This document shows positions 1 to 12,616 of a stretch of 64,000 nucleotides of DNA, in pieces; the first letter of the stretch is position 1, and each line of letters starts with the position of its first letter. The translations under genes and the position numbers were made by a program. The DNA is from Picochlorum sp. SENEW3 (lineage: Eukaryota), in NCBI GenBank assembly GCA_034226945.1, contig CP120458.1:186001-250000 (forward strand). Direction: 5' to 3'. The notes beneath the pieces were generated by a model. The model saw only the letters and a list, made by a program, of their open reading frames with translations, made no database searches and was not told where the DNA came from.

Positions 1-3000
1 TTGGAGACGCCAACAGAAATTTGGCTGCGAAGTCCCTCCATGTCACCAGTCAGTTGGCTGCAGCAGTTGGCTCCCCCTTTGACAAGCTGGCGCATGCCAT
101 TGTTCTCGATCCTGCTATTGCAAATCTAGCAGATACGAAGAAGCAAGTCCGTGACGCTGTGGTAACTTTGCTAGACTCTTGGGGTAAGACATGCCCGCGT
201 GAAAGGTTATACCCAGCATTATTAGCAGCTGTTTCAAATCCAAAAGGCCACTCAGACGGAAAAGTGGCAGCATTGAAGTGGATGTTGGACAACTTCCAGT
301 CGAATAGCTCAAAATGTAGAGAAATATCGGCAAAAGCAGCTTCCTTTGCGTCAAAGGATAAAGTCGCTGCTGTCCGGGAAGTTGGTGGAGAATTGGGCAG
401 GCTTGCATCTGGTGCCCCAACAAGTACTCCAGCAAAGCCTGCACTGTCGCAGAAGCCAAGAATTCCAGTTACCGCTACACCAAAGCGGTCGAATACGACT
501 CTAGAGGCCAAGTCGGAGAAGGTGAGGGGAATTGCATCTAGAAACTCTGCAAAGAAAGTAGCTCCAAGAATGGCTGATGCTGAAGATGATGTTGATGATC
601 CTCTTCTTAGGATGGGGCACGGTAAAGGTGCAAGATTGAGGCAATTCAGACCAAAGCCAGGAGATTTTTTGCCTCCTACACTTCAAGAACGCAAGCAATT
701 AGAGGAAAGCATGCTCCCAGTGGTGTGTCCATCTCTTCACAAGCAAATGTTTAGTTCAGATTTCCAGGATCATGTTTTGGCTGCCGAGGCGTTGCTGAAT
801 GCCACCCCAACCCTCATGTCTGAGATATCAACATCGTTGGATTTCATATTCAGATGGCTTGTGATTGTTTTGTGTGATTCAAATACCCGTTCAACGGTCA
901 AATCGCTTGAACTGATCAAGGCAATTCTGGAAACTCTAGAAGATGATGGGTACAGGCTGAGTGATATGGAGGCCCATCTTCTGCTCCCAGGAGTTATTGA
1001 GAAGAGTGGTCAAAATCAGGACTACCTCAGGACATCTTACAGGAACGTCATCGTTCAAACATCGTCGGTGTATAATCCAGCGAAAGTAGTCGATTATATT
1101 GTCCAGGGGCTGAACTCAAAGAATTCTAGATCAAAGACTGAATGCTGCAAGGCACTCTGTGAAATTGTAGAGCGCCATGGTGGCAAGTGTATAGTGACAG
1201 CTAAACAGAGCCCAGTTCTGAGCCTTTCTGAGGTATGTTGGACATTCGTATGTTTTACCCACTTTTTTCGTCGCTAACATCATTGTGTTGCCTGTTTCAG
1301 TTTGCAATGGAGAGGGATGCAGCTTTGAGATTGTCTGCCATGAAAGCTTTGGAAGCAATACAAGACGCTCTTGGTAACGATACGTTTTTGACTCTGCTCA
1401 GTAAATGCGAGGAAAAGAACATGGACGTCATTCAAAGCAAGCTGGCCAGAAAAGATGTCCAGGACGAGGCACCAATGCCAGTAGAGACAATCACTCCTGA
1501 AGCATCTAAATATCTAGAGCAAGCAAATAAGACACAGTATAGCGCCCCAAAAGCCTATAATGCAATGGAAATTTCATATAGAGATGCATACACGCCACAT
1601 TCGCTGGGTCTGACTCCTGAAACTGAGACGCATGATGTTGATTATTCAGGCCATGCCCAAGCAGCTATGACTCCTGTCCCTGCAGATCCAATGCCGGGAG
1701 TCGATAGTGGTAATATTGAGACGCCAGTTCCACAAGACTTGAAGCTGACACCGGGTTTGCACGAGGTCGACCAGAGTTCCCCAAGTGTATCATCATATGA
1801 TGATGACGAAGTAGAAAACAGGCTGGAACAGTGCATAGAATCCATGTATTCAACGGATTTGTCTATTGCTGTCGAAGCAACAAAGCAGATTTGCGCTGAT
1901 ATCATGATGATATCATCACAGGATACTCGCGCTCCCTCGAAAAGAATTCTAGCAGTACTCTCAAGTTCTGCAGATCGCTTCTTCTTGGCTATTTGTGCTC
2001 AACTGGAACTCATCTTTGCAAAGGCGGAGGAGCAGACAGCCTCTGGAGGTGAGCCTCCATCATGCCGTGGCTGTAAATTTGCTCTTAATGCTTTACTTCA
2101 AGGCCTTCGTATTCCTGAGATTGCTCAGTCAGTCCCACAAGCAACACTCAGAACAACTATATCATTACTGCTTTGTAGCTTGGTGAATGAGAATGGACTT
2201 CTTTCATTTGAACAAGGGACCACGCTTGTTAGGGCAGTGAATGTGCTCATTGCCAATTTATTAGATGCATCTGATAAGAACTATGCCTTTGCAGCACTTC
2301 TGCATCTACTCAGATCTCCACCAAAGCAACTGGATGAAGACCTCATACAGAAATTCAATGACTTGCTGGTCAAGTGTTTGATCAAATTAACAAAAAGCTT
2401 GGAAACTGGTAGATCGAATATCGATATTTCAGCGCTGCTTCTCTCCCTTCATGATTATTTCATGTTTCTGGGTGTAGAAGAGATTCGCAAGCGTTCCGCT
2501 GCAGAGGACAAACCATTGCGAATGGTCAAGACAATTCTTCATCAGATTTGCAAATTGACAGGATATAATGTTTATCAGTATGCATCAGGGATTCCTGGAA
2601 GACATTCCCAGCCGCAGCCAATCATCTTCAGGTACATTGACATCAATTTGAAAATGCTCAAAGAAATGAACCAATTGCCTAGTGAATCTGATAACTTTAT
2701 GGAGCCAAGTAGCTCTCATGAACCTGATGGTGCATCGATACAACCTAAAATGGGCTCAGAGGCATTGTTATTGGAGGAAGAAGCACGGTTACGGCTGAAA
2801 GGTATACTAAGTAGAGTTACATCAAGGGACCCTGCTGTCAAAGATGCAGCTATGAAAGAGCTGCTGGAGATCAAGCACAAGCACCCAAAGATGCTGGCCA
2901 AATATCTGGCAGGCACTCAGGATCGCTTCAAAAGCTATATTGAAGAAAGTCTGCGCATTTTGGAGTCTAATGGAGGACTAGGCTCAACTGTGGCTCATCA

Positions 3001-3163
3001 ACCATCTCCACTGAACAAGACATCTCTGTCCTATGCCAGGGAGCGCCTTGCCAAGGAGACAACAGGGCTACCCGTGAGAAACTATCAAACTAATGCTAGC
3101 CATTCAGTGGATGAACTGGCACAACGAATGGCCAAGCTGCGCCAGCAGAGTGTTGCCAAGTAG
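1..3163 (+). CDS. MOR1: XMAP215/MOR1-family TOG-domain microtubule polymerase, 3' part (5' end outside window); intron 1233..1300
   Basis: HEAT/TOG-like ORF 21..1277 joins ORF 1235..3163 in phase via GT(1233)..AG(1300). Contains LVKCLIKL and GVEEIRKRSAAEDKPLRMVKT, typical of the plant/algal MOR1 C-terminal region. Confidence 0.9.
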
Positions 3164-3344
3164 CCATGATGCTGGCCTTGTTTGTTCAATAGAAGCATTA
3201 ATTGCATCAAATATCTCGTGTACAGCCAAAATATTTGTAATAAAGTCTCGAAAACGTGTAAGACTGCAAAATAAAGTTGTTATTGGACACATGCAAGCAT
3301 AACAAGACGGTTTCTCTTGGAAGAAGAAACTTGGCATCCAAACA

Positions 3345-4070
3345 ATGGGGCGTTGGGACGACCATGACGATGACGAGAGTGATGCTTGTGTCGATAAACA
3401 GTCAAAATATGGCTCTATACGACGAATGAGATATCAAGATGACCATAGGAATGAGGTGCGAGGGAAGGATACGACCAAGCGAGGGAGCAGGGAGAGGTCT
3501 CCCAGTCCGAGAGCTGAAAGAAAGCCCAGAAGCAGAGACAATGGGCAACATACGTGGGGTAAAATTGAAGATAGAAGTGAGGAAGACGCGGCTGTTGACG
3601 ATACGGAACCAGAGCCTGATTTTGGACTCTCTGGTGCCTTGGCCAAGGAGACAAACACAGTTGATGGAGTGGTGTTGAAATATAATGAGCCACCTGAAGC
3701 GAGCCTGCCCTCGAAGAAATGGCGCTTGTACATATTCAAGGATGGCAAGCCTTTTGATGAGCCGCTCATGCTTCATAAACAAACTGCATTCTTGTTTGGT
3801 CGGGATAGACGTGTGACAGATGTGCCAACAGATCACCCTTCATGCTCTCTTCAACACGCGGTTCTCCAGTACAGGACAACCGAAAAGAATGGAAAGGACG
3901 GTCTATCTAGAAGATCTGTTCGTCCATATATAATAGATTTGGGGTCGACTAACGGGACATTCTTGAATGGTGAGAGAATTGAGTCAGAGAGGTACTATGA
4001 ATTGTTTCCCAAAGATGTCCTTACATTTGGAAATTCATCAAGAGAATATGTTCTCGTGGCTGAATACTAA
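3345..4070 (+). CDS. SNIP1: FHA-domain protein of the SNIP1/Pml1/DAWDLE family (RES complex)
   Basis: RS-rich N-terminus, then PDFGLSGALA, KYNEPPEA, WRLYIFK and FHA motifs GRDR..DHPSCSLQHAVLQ and DLGSTNGTFLN. Confidence 0.92.
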   Translation: MGRWDDHDDDESDACVDKQSKYGSIRRMRYQDDHRNEVRGKDTTKRGSRERSPSPRAERKPRSRDNGQHTWGKIEDRSEEDAAVDDTEPEPDFGLSGALAKETNTVDGVVLKYNEPPEASLPSKKWRLYIFKDGKPFDEPLMLHKQTAFLFGRDRRVTDVPTDHPSCSLQHAVLQYRTTEKNGKDGLSRRSVRPYIIDLGSTNGTFLNGERIESERYYELFPKDVLTFGNSSREYVLVAEY

Positions 4071-4106
4071 ACTTGTATGTATTTGTTTGATATGCTATCT
4101 GTTCAA

Positions 4107-5445
4107 CTAGGAATACGACACCTTTCTTGTTCTTTTGCACCGCCTGTCAAACTCTCTCAGTGCTGGTTCCTGGACATCCTGCTCCATGCTCATAGAAAGG
4201 GACGTCATAGCTCCTTCACTCTCACTGATAGTATTATCCATGGTGGTTTCTACAACATCTGATGACGAAGCTTCCACCGTTGCATCAACAGTCTGTCCAC
4301 TTCTCCGAGCCTTTCCCAACTCTATCGGACCCAAATCATACTCTGCCAACGTGGCCCCACCCAGCTTTCTGAGGAAAATTTGCTGTGCTGATGTGAAGAC
4401 TGTATTCGAAAAATAGTACAAAGACAGCCCAGAGGGAAGATTCAGCGAAAACCAGCCAATCATGAGTGGCAATCCCCTGCAAAATAAAATTATGATATGA
4501 GAGAAGAAGAAGAAGAAGAAGAAGGCACACTTGACACATACACACGCACAGATATAATGCTTTCTGAACCTTGGCATTCTCGGCATTGGGATCAATCGGT
4601 GGGCTGATGATTGCTGATGAAATATATTGGGCCACGACAAGAGCAACTGGAAGTACTAGATACGCGCTTGCCAACTCCCAGCCGACTGGTGGGTGCCCGT
4701 CTACAAATGGAAACAACCATGCAGTTCCAGATCCAGCCTTTTGGGCAGCTACAGATGTGGGACCAGCCAAGGAGGGAATCCAATAAAATCCCTGGTTATC
4801 CAAATCTCCCTGCGAAGCAACAGATGTAAGAGATCTATACAATCCAATAAATATAGGAATAGTCGCGAGAGTTGGAAGACAACCAGCGAGCGGATTCACA
4901 TTGGCCTTTTCATACAAGGCAGCAGTCTCTCGTTGCACAGCATCCTTGTCATCCCCATACTTGTCCTTGATGGCGTCAATCTCTGGCTTCAATGCCTGCA
5001 TTGACATTGTGCTTTCGACCTGTGTCTTTGTCAAAGGAAATGTTAATGTCTTGACAAACAATGTAAGCGTCACAATACTCCATCCATAAGAATATGGAAC
5101 ATGATATCTATCAAACCCTGTCTGTATATACCTCAGCACAGTTTCCAATCCCTCCACTAGAGGTGTCAACCAACCATTATCAACGGCTGACTCCGCAGCT
5201 GAAGAAGATGACGCATCCAGTATCATCAAATAGCTACCCAGAATCGCATCTACTTGCTCCCCAGAACCATACAGGTGCACCAAGTCAACCGCAGTGGACG
5301 TGCTGCTCCTGACAGTCACTGTTCCTCGTCTACCACCACTGCATACCAAGTCAACTAAAAATATACTACCATGACATCATATATGTCGCAAAGACGTACG
5401 ATATGCGCCTGGGGCGCCCACAAGCACCGACAACGTCCCTTCCAT
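4107..5445 (-). CDS. ALB3: Chloroplast YidC/Oxa1/ALB3 membrane insertase; intron 4477..4549 plus a probable short 5' intron near 5.35-5.40 kb
   Basis: Motifs YSYGWSIVTLT, NPLAGCLPTLATIPIFIGLY, FYWIPSLAGP and, after splicing, LPLMIGWFSLNLPSGLSLYY. Start at 5445 is inferred. Confidence 0.9.
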
Positions 5446-5773
5446 GCTGAACACCGCAACTCCGGCTACCAAGGGGAATACCGACACCAATCATCGGTAT
5501 AAAACCACCTTTATACTGGTACAGAGCATTAATTATGTCAATCGAGACACCCAATCTATCGCAATGGGTATCTCTCTCCACCAGAGATATCCAGATAACA
5601 CACCATCCACCATTGCAATAATGTACCATGAAATGAATCCCTGGATGGGACATTGCTTTTATGCAATCAACATTGGCCTTTTAGCCACCCCATGCAGGTT
5701 TCGTGGTTCGAATTATTTCAAATACCTTTTGAAAAGAGGTATCAAAATCACATCCGAGTGCCACGTGAGCGAT

Positions 5774-6643
5774 ATGAGTATCGCCAAGGGTGTGCCATCC
5801 AGAGATTTGAATTGGGTACAGACCACACTTGCCCGCGTGCATCGTCCTCAGCAGGTACTATATTATCGCAAACACACACATCCGATATATCCATGGACTT
5901 TTAGGACGGATAGGACATCCATCCATACAGGATCCCTCCCTTCTCCAGACACAAGTAGTTTTGGTCTCAGTGAGGTGCTGCCCATACTCATTGGCAGCAC
6001 CAGTATTGGGTTTGGATTAATCAAAGTCATGGCATACTCTCAGTTGGAGGTGGTGAGAACTGCTATGCTGAGTCGCCATGTGCAGCAGGGAGGGGCACGG
6101 GTGCTGCAACTTGGAGGGACAACCAGGGACCTGTACTACTATCCATCAGGGACGGTCCAGGTTACTGTGAATGCCATAGATATAAACAAAGGGCTGTTTC
6201 AGCAGGCTGGCATGACTGTCGGGGTGCCTGTTGAAGCAACAGACCTTGATCTGAGAGAGTGTCTACAAAAGACACGGGATGGATCTGTGGATTCCGTGGT
6301 GAGCTTTGATCAATTTGGCAGCATCTCTTCTGCAACAGAGCTGTCCAACCTAGTTTCAGAAATACACCGAGTCCTCAAACCTGGTGGTACATTTGTCTTT
6401 TATCAACGACTCGCTCAGGGTGGTCTAGGCCAGTTGGGTGCTGGCAATACATGCCACCTCCCAGTGGGAGATGTCATCTCTGAGAACGAGGGATGGGACT
6501 TTTGCGAATGGGACACCGCTGCTGCTTCTTTAGATGCCCATGCCGTGGGCGTGTGTGTGAAATCAATCACCGAAACAGTCCCATCATCAGTAGATGAATC
6601 ATCTTTTGAGCAAATCCTACAGAAGCGAAAGAAGAAACGATGA
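5774..6643 (+). CDS. Methyltransferase type 11-like protein, probably plastid-targeted
   Basis: Motifs VLQLGG, DGSVDSVVS and EIHRVLKPGGTFVF. Likely start is ATG 5774 within ORF 5444..6643. Confidence 0.7.
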   Translation: MSIAKGVPSRDLNWVQTTLARVHRPQQVLYYRKHTHPIYPWTFRTDRTSIHTGSLPSPDTSSFGLSEVLPILIGSTSIGFGLIKVMAYSQLEVVRTAMLSRHVQQGGARVLQLGGTTRDLYYYPSGTVQVTVNAIDINKGLFQQAGMTVGVPVEATDLDLRECLQKTRDGSVDSVVSFDQFGSISSATELSNLVSEIHRVLKPGGTFVFYQRLAQGGLGQLGAGNTCHLPVGDVISENEGWDFCEWDTAAASLDAHAVGVCVKSITETVPSSVDESSFEQILQKRKKKR

Positions 6644-6792
6644 ATCCATTTGGGTTGTCAGTTTTATAGTATTTGTTGTAAATAATAATATGAGTGTACT
6701 AGTTGCCATGCCACCGAGTATAAGTCAAAGAGAGAAGGAAAACGCGACCATGAAATTGTTCCGATTGGCCCGACCATGATTGAAGACATACC

Positions 6793-9298
6793 ATGGATAC
6801 GTTGAATCTCAGAGTCAGAGTATATCATTTAAATAATTCTGGGACATGGGATGATGTTGGGACCGGAGAGGTTAATTTTGTTGACACTGGCACGGTGGGT
6901 TTGAACGAGACACGGTTGTTGTTATCAGATGGGTCTTGGACTGACTGTGTGTGTCATTGCAGGGTACGTTGAGGATTACTGTGAAGAGCGAAGTCGATGA
7001 GGCCGAGTTGTTGCGGCATGAGGTGGATCGGAAGATCCGGTATTTGATGCAAGGAGGTGTGTCCTTTGGTTGAGGATCATTGGTATGATGGGGATGTGTG
7101 CATTCTCAAAGGGGTGTGTGTGTGTGCGTGTAGGTGGTACGATAATTACTTGGAATGAACCTAGTGTGAAGACAGATGTTGCCCTGTCGTTCCAAGATAA
7201 GGAGACGTGTATTGAACTGTGGAGCCACATTGATCTGGCTCTGTCACCAAATGTGGATGCGACTGGGCATCCCATGTACATGCTTGATCAACATGGCAAT
7301 CCTTCCATGGGGTACTTGGAGGATATGTACGGGGCGAATGGTGTTCTGGAGTTTCCCGATCCGAGTTTAGATACGTTGCAGAGAATATCTCAAGCAGTTG
7401 TCGAGTGCTCCGTATTCCAAAGGGAGGTGGTGACACAGCAGCTTCTCAGGCCTGGTTATTTGAAGGAGATTTTGCATTGCTTTGAAATGGCTGAGGAGAT
7501 TGAGGACGCTGAGAATGTCAAGGCTGCCCATGAACTGATAAAGGCTGGGATACTGCTGAATGATACCAGTGTACTGGAGTTGATGTTCTCAGAGGAGCAT
7601 GTGGAAGGGGTTGTTGCTGCATTGGAGTATGATCCAACTATTCCAGAGCAAGCCCGAGTTAGGCACAGAGATTTTATACGAGGTAATATGGCGTTGAAGG
7701 AAATTGTTCCCATCAAGGATGCAACGTGCAGGGAAAAAATAATACAGGCATTTCGAATATTATATATACGCGATACAGTGCTGCCCAAGAGCTTGGATGA
7801 TGCGACATATTCGACGCTATCCTCCATGCATCTTTTCAACATTGTAGAGGTGCTGGTGAGCCTGAACAAAAATCCTCAGTTCTTTAAAGCTCTGTTTGAC
7901 AAGATGTCTGCGGCTGAGAAGTATTCAGAGGATTGGAGAGATCTCCTGTCGTTCCTGAAGCAGCTGATTTGTCTGTCCAGGCATCTTCAGTCAGCCCAAA
8001 GAAATGAGATGTTTATGCACCTGTGCAACTTGGGTCTATTTCCTGTCCTGTCTGATGTCCTCGGCAGTGACGATTTGGAAGCAAAATTGTGGGCGATTGA
8101 CTGTATTTTATCAACAACTGTGCATGATCCAGTACTGTTGAGATCATTTGTACAAAATAATAAGGATGGAGCAGTGATTCTTGACCAATTGATACAGGCG
8201 TTGCTCACTGAGAATTCTGGGGGTTTACAAGAGCAGTCTTTAGATATTCTCAAGATTTTATTAGATCCAGATGCACTCGGCAATGCAGATTCCAAGGAGA
8301 AGTTTGTGGAGGCATTCTATAAAAAGCACATGTCCAAACTGATGGATGTCATTGCAGTAGCAGTGGATACAGAGGAAGGGCCATGTCCTATCCCTACACT
8401 ACGCCTCATCATCGATTTCTTATCGTACTGTATCACACAGCATTCATATCGAGCCAAGTATTATATTCTGCAGTATAATTGTGTTGCTAAAGTTGCGGAT
8501 TTCCTGGAATATCCAGAAAAGTTGCTTGCTCTTGCTGCACTCAAGTGCTTACGAACCTGCGTGCTCATGAGGGATGAATTTTATGATAGATACCTAGAGA
8601 AAAATCTTCTCTTAGAAGAAGTACTGCGATATTATATCAATAACTACCAACATGATACCATTGTTGTGTCAGCATCAATTGACTTTCTATGGATGTTGGT
8701 GAAAGAAGATACACGTGGCCACCTTGCTCGGCTGATGGAGACTGATTACTGGACTCAGATAAAAGAGATCAATCACGACCCAGACCTGATTATTGAATTA
8801 GAGAAGGGTGAGCAGAGCAAACTTGAAGAAGAAGAAAAGTCAAGGGATCATGCATCCCTGGTGCACCAAGACATGTCAGGAGCGTCAAGGCATGCAGCCG
8901 CAATGCAGATCAAGGAAGAGAAGGAAGAAGATGCGCTTGAAGAAAAGTACTTTAGAGAAGAAGCGCCTAGTGTTCGAGAGATGAGTCCTCTGGATCACAT
9001 GGTTGCAGCAGTTGAGAAGGAGCAGGCCACAGCACAGATTGTCTTGGATGATTATCCTGCTCTACCTGAGATGCCTCCGCCTCCCCGAACTGACCGTAAA
9101 GAAGAGGATGATGAGGATACAATTCCTCTCACAGGTGCGTCACCATGGACTGTTGTACTACTCTCTCCATGTTGATTGTATACTATAATAATAATTCTCT
9201 TTACGTTCGCTTTTGCAGTGGTGCCCAAGTCCGTGAAACGAAAATCTCCCACAAATAGGATTACAATATTCGCAGAAAAAAGGCACAAAGACGAATGA
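6793..9298 (+). CDS. PP4R3: PP4 regulatory subunit 3 (SMEK/Psy2), multi-exon
   Basis: First exon reads MDTLNLRVRVYHLNNSGTWDDVGTG (EVH1-like). Main ORF has TIITW..DVALSFQ, ALEYDP..RHRDF and YIRDTVLPKSLDD. Last exon ends at TGA 9298. Internal splice sites are approximate. Confidence 0.88.
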
Positions 9299-9359
9299 TA
9301 CATGCTATTCCATTTCAGCACTGTGTGTTACAATCCAGACAAACTATCCAAGTGCAAAC

Positions 9360-9856
9360 TCATGCAACATCAGGTGTATGCACATTGCGCAATAAGCGAA
9401 AAGCGGGCCCATACTGCAGCCCAGACTCTCTCAACTGATCATATAATTGGACCGTATCCCGTGGCACAGTTGCTGAAACCCTCTGCGCGTCGATAGTCCT
9501 CTCCGCCATACTCTTGTTCATTCTCTCCACTCTCTTCTTCTCGGCCTACGATTATGGAACACATTTTATAAAATTAATCGTCAAACAACCAACAGATCGC
9601 ATGGATATCACCAGCAATGTAAATCTGAGAGAGAAAATCCCGGTCAACGTTGTCACTCGACACATACCTGGTACACCGACTTTAAGAGCTCTTGAAAGGC
9701 CTGGATATCATCTCCTTGTACAATTTCAAGAACATCTGGCTCCTCTTTGAGTGCTTCCATCTTGGCTGGGTCCTCCAAAAGTGCCTTTCTGAATGCCGCA
9801 GGATCCTTCGCGGTTCCATCCTCATTCATCGCAAATGCTGGGTTATCGGTAGCCAT
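9360..9856 (-). CDS. Small two-exon hypothetical protein (~124 aa); intron 9546..9667
   Basis: Exon 1 MATDNPAFAM..KSVYQ splices in phase 0 to AEKKRVERMNKSMAERTIDAQRVSATVPRDTVQLYDQLRESGLQYGPAFRLLRNVHTPDVA*. Confidence 0.75.
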
Positions 9857-10117
9857 GGTTATTATTATTTAATATAAAATCATATAATCTGTGTGGGAGC
9901 GGTATCCAAGGCTCAGCATGGATGTTGACAATGAGAGTCAACGGCATTCATGCCCAGTCTATTGTGGGTCAACATGGCCATGTTCCATGGAGTGCCACTC
10001 ATGATTAGATGCAAAGGATTTAAACGCTACGTATTTTCAAAATCAAAATATATCATTAGTAATAAATATGGACAACAAAATAAGGACGCTACATTGAATG
10101 AAATTGGTTGTCTGGTT

Positions 10118-11995
10118 TTAATCTTCCAACACCAGAAAATTGATATACCTGGCCAATGAATCCAGCCTGTAGGCATGTGCTTCTTCGATTAGATCACGAA
10201 CTGAAAATATCCCTCCCATTGTCACGTCCATTCCTGGAGGTCCGTAGATTGCAGACGAGATAACATGGCCAGACTGCCTGATCAAATTGTGCAAATGACA
10301 TGTTGGTATCGTGCACGCGTTCACCTCTGCAGCAATTGCTCTCCCCCAGTGATCATTTGGCAAGACCAGAACAGGAATAGATGGGGAAAGAAGATGAACA
10401 GTTTCAATCTCAACCTCCAAGCAACCTATATTGGCAGACAGAGACATAAAGCGCTGTGGTTGGTTGCCGTTGTGACGACGTGTGCCGAGTTGAGTCAAGG
10501 GCAACAGCTTCTCATCCTGCCTGCACACTGGAATGGAGTTTCTGTGGTCGACTTGCTCTCCCTCCAGACATATTGTAGATATCTCAGTGTCCAAAATGCA
10601 AATGGGGGTCACTTTAGTCAGGGTATTTGACATTCTGTAGCTGTGAATCTCTTCAGATACCTGGTCGACATCGCCAGAGAGGTGTATTGTTTTTTCATCA
10701 GAGGTGAAGAGAAGAAAACGATGGAGCTGCATCATTATCGCCTCGGATAAAGAAAAGTCCATCCAAAAATCTCCCAATTCCTCCAACTTGTTGTAATCAA
10801 AGCCTCCAGAGGATGTCATGACATCAAGAGTTACGGAAATGCGTCCTGGTCTTGTGTATGCTTTGATTTGCTCTGGTGTAACACCAAGTAAACTCGCCAC
10901 AGCATCCTTAATCCAATGGGGAAACCCGATGGTGGAGAAAGGATGATGGAGAAAGCTTATGCGCTCCAACGAGAACGTGGAATGCATATTTGCTGGTACT
11001 TCTTGACCATACCATTCAGGACTGTTGTGGTCCAAAAATGGATGAATTGGTCTCTGTCCCCCAAATCTTAGATTACTGAGTGAAGATAGGACATCGTCTC
11101 GAGAAATTCCATGGCTTTCAAATCCTCCATTCCCGTGTGTTTGAGGCATGGGCTCCCCTCCTATATGCAGACCCATCGTAGAAGTGTCAGGCCCTGTATT
11201 TTCTGGAGCCATGGTCCCCATGAGGAGGCGGCGCCCTGTCAATGGCGTCCCCGTCAATTGGTAATACTGATCCAATGCATCGCCGTCTTGCGACATACGG
11301 TGTGGATTGCCTGTACTCATGTCCACAACCCCAGATGGAACTTGCAGATTCACTCCCTGGGCTTGGTGGTCCAACACCGAAACAGGGTCCAGGGCATGTT
11401 CCAATTCTGAAGGGATCTGCAAGCCTTGATCCCTCACACCGTTCACTTGATGGATATTTCCATCCAGGGGCATATTTTGGCCATTGGAAGTTTCAACTTG
11501 TTGTTGGATGATTCTTATAGTGTTTGCCCTGGCCTTGCGCAGAGTGTGCAGTGCCTCTACAAGCTCCATCACATCATTATCAATCTGATCTGGAGTTTGA
11601 TGCGTCCCAACACCCACTCCGTTGGTTAGCATACCTGTCTGAACCATTACTTTGTAACTCAATAGGATATGAATACTTTCCAAAACTCGTATCGTGGCAT
11701 CATCTGTGAAACTGATGCCACGATGTGTCATGTTCTCCTGCACAGGTTCCTGCTCAGGCACCATGGAACTTGGTTGAGCACGTAACATGCCCATACTCTC
11801 CTGCTCGGTAATGTTGATATCACCGAAAGGTCCAGTTGGTGCATCCTGGGGGGTACTGACAGCAGTCCTTTCATGGAGCCGTCTTCTCTTGTCGCCTCCT
11901 GCTCCGTCTTCCGAGCGCCCAGGGCGATGGGACCAGACAAATAATGGGAATCTCTTATTCCCGATCTTCACGCCAAACTGATCACGATTGTCCAT
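10118..11995 (-). CDS. 625-aa protein with a region resembling the internal domain of large SPL/SBP-box proteins
   Basis: Long uninterrupted ORF. FPHWIKDAVASLLGVTPEQIKAYTRPGRISVTLDV resembles the SPL1/7-type 'FP..LR..I..WL...P...E.YIRPGC..LT' motif. Confidence 0.65.
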   Translation of the reverse strand: MDNRDQFGVKIGNKRFPLFVWSHRPGRSEDGAGGDKRRRLHERTAVSTPQDAPTGPFGDINITEQESMGMLRAQPSSMVPEQEPVQENMTHRGISFTDDATIRVLESIHILLSYKVMVQTGMLTNGVGVGTHQTPDQIDNDVMELVEALHTLRKARANTIRIIQQQVETSNGQNMPLDGNIHQVNGVRDQGLQIPSELEHALDPVSVLDHQAQGVNLQVPSGVVDMSTGNPHRMSQDGDALDQYYQLTGTPLTGRRLLMGTMAPENTGPDTSTMGLHIGGEPMPQTHGNGGFESHGISRDDVLSSLSNLRFGGQRPIHPFLDHNSPEWYGQEVPANMHSTFSLERISFLHHPFSTIGFPHWIKDAVASLLGVTPEQIKAYTRPGRISVTLDVMTSSGGFDYNKLEELGDFWMDFSLSEAIMMQLHRFLLFTSDEKTIHLSGDVDQVSEEIHSYRMSNTLTKVTPICILDTEISTICLEGEQVDHRNSIPVCRQDEKLLPLTQLGTRRHNGNQPQRFMSLSANIGCLEVEIETVHLLSPSIPVLVLPNDHWGRAIAAEVNACTIPTCHLHNLIRQSGHVISSAIYGPPGMDVTMGGIFSVRDLIEEAHAYRLDSLARYINFLVLED

Positions 11996-12616
11996 TTTTT
12001 GTAAACTGGTGATACGTTAAAATATTCAGTCACGAAGAACACGAAATCGCTCGAGAACAAGTAGTAGTATTAGGTGTACGGCAAAGATAGTCGGCAAAAC
12101 TACCAATAAAAAACGGCGCTAATACAAAAATGAAGCAACGTATATTCTATTTCAAATACTTTTGTTCATAAAGATCCATTTGATGTTGATGATGGAGAAG
12201 TTTTGGCATCATGCACATCAAGAATGTTGCGCGAACAACATCAAAGAAGGGGGTCGTATCCTGTCTGCCCATCAAAGGCCTTCGCGTCAGGGGCAAAGGG
12301 GAAAATAGGTTGGGGTTGGGAGCCCGAATCACTAGGGCTGCCCCGCGTTTCACTGATGAAATGGCATTCTTCGAGGTTTTTAAACAGTCTTGTATATATG
12401 TTTATATTACACGATCCCATCCTGACAGAAGCACCGCCGCCGATCGGACATCTCTTCTCTTGGGACTGGACTAGGTTGTTGCTTTGATTCTGATATACCC
12501 CGGTATATATAAAAGCCAACCAAAAAGGTTACACACACAGAGGTTCCACAGGGTTCTCTGATGCCCAGCGATACTGCACGACCTAAAAATCCAGCCATCG
12601 TAATCAGGATCGTGCT

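Noticed and set aside
4503..4523. (GAA)n tracts here and at about 16039..16057 giving poly-F/poly-L/poly-S in ORFs
   Set aside because: Both lie inside introns of minus-strand genes and are not coding.
5444..5773. N-terminal 110 aa of ORF 5444..6643
   Set aside because: It spans the divergent promoter region with ALB3 and is not protein-like. ATG 5774 is the more plausible start.
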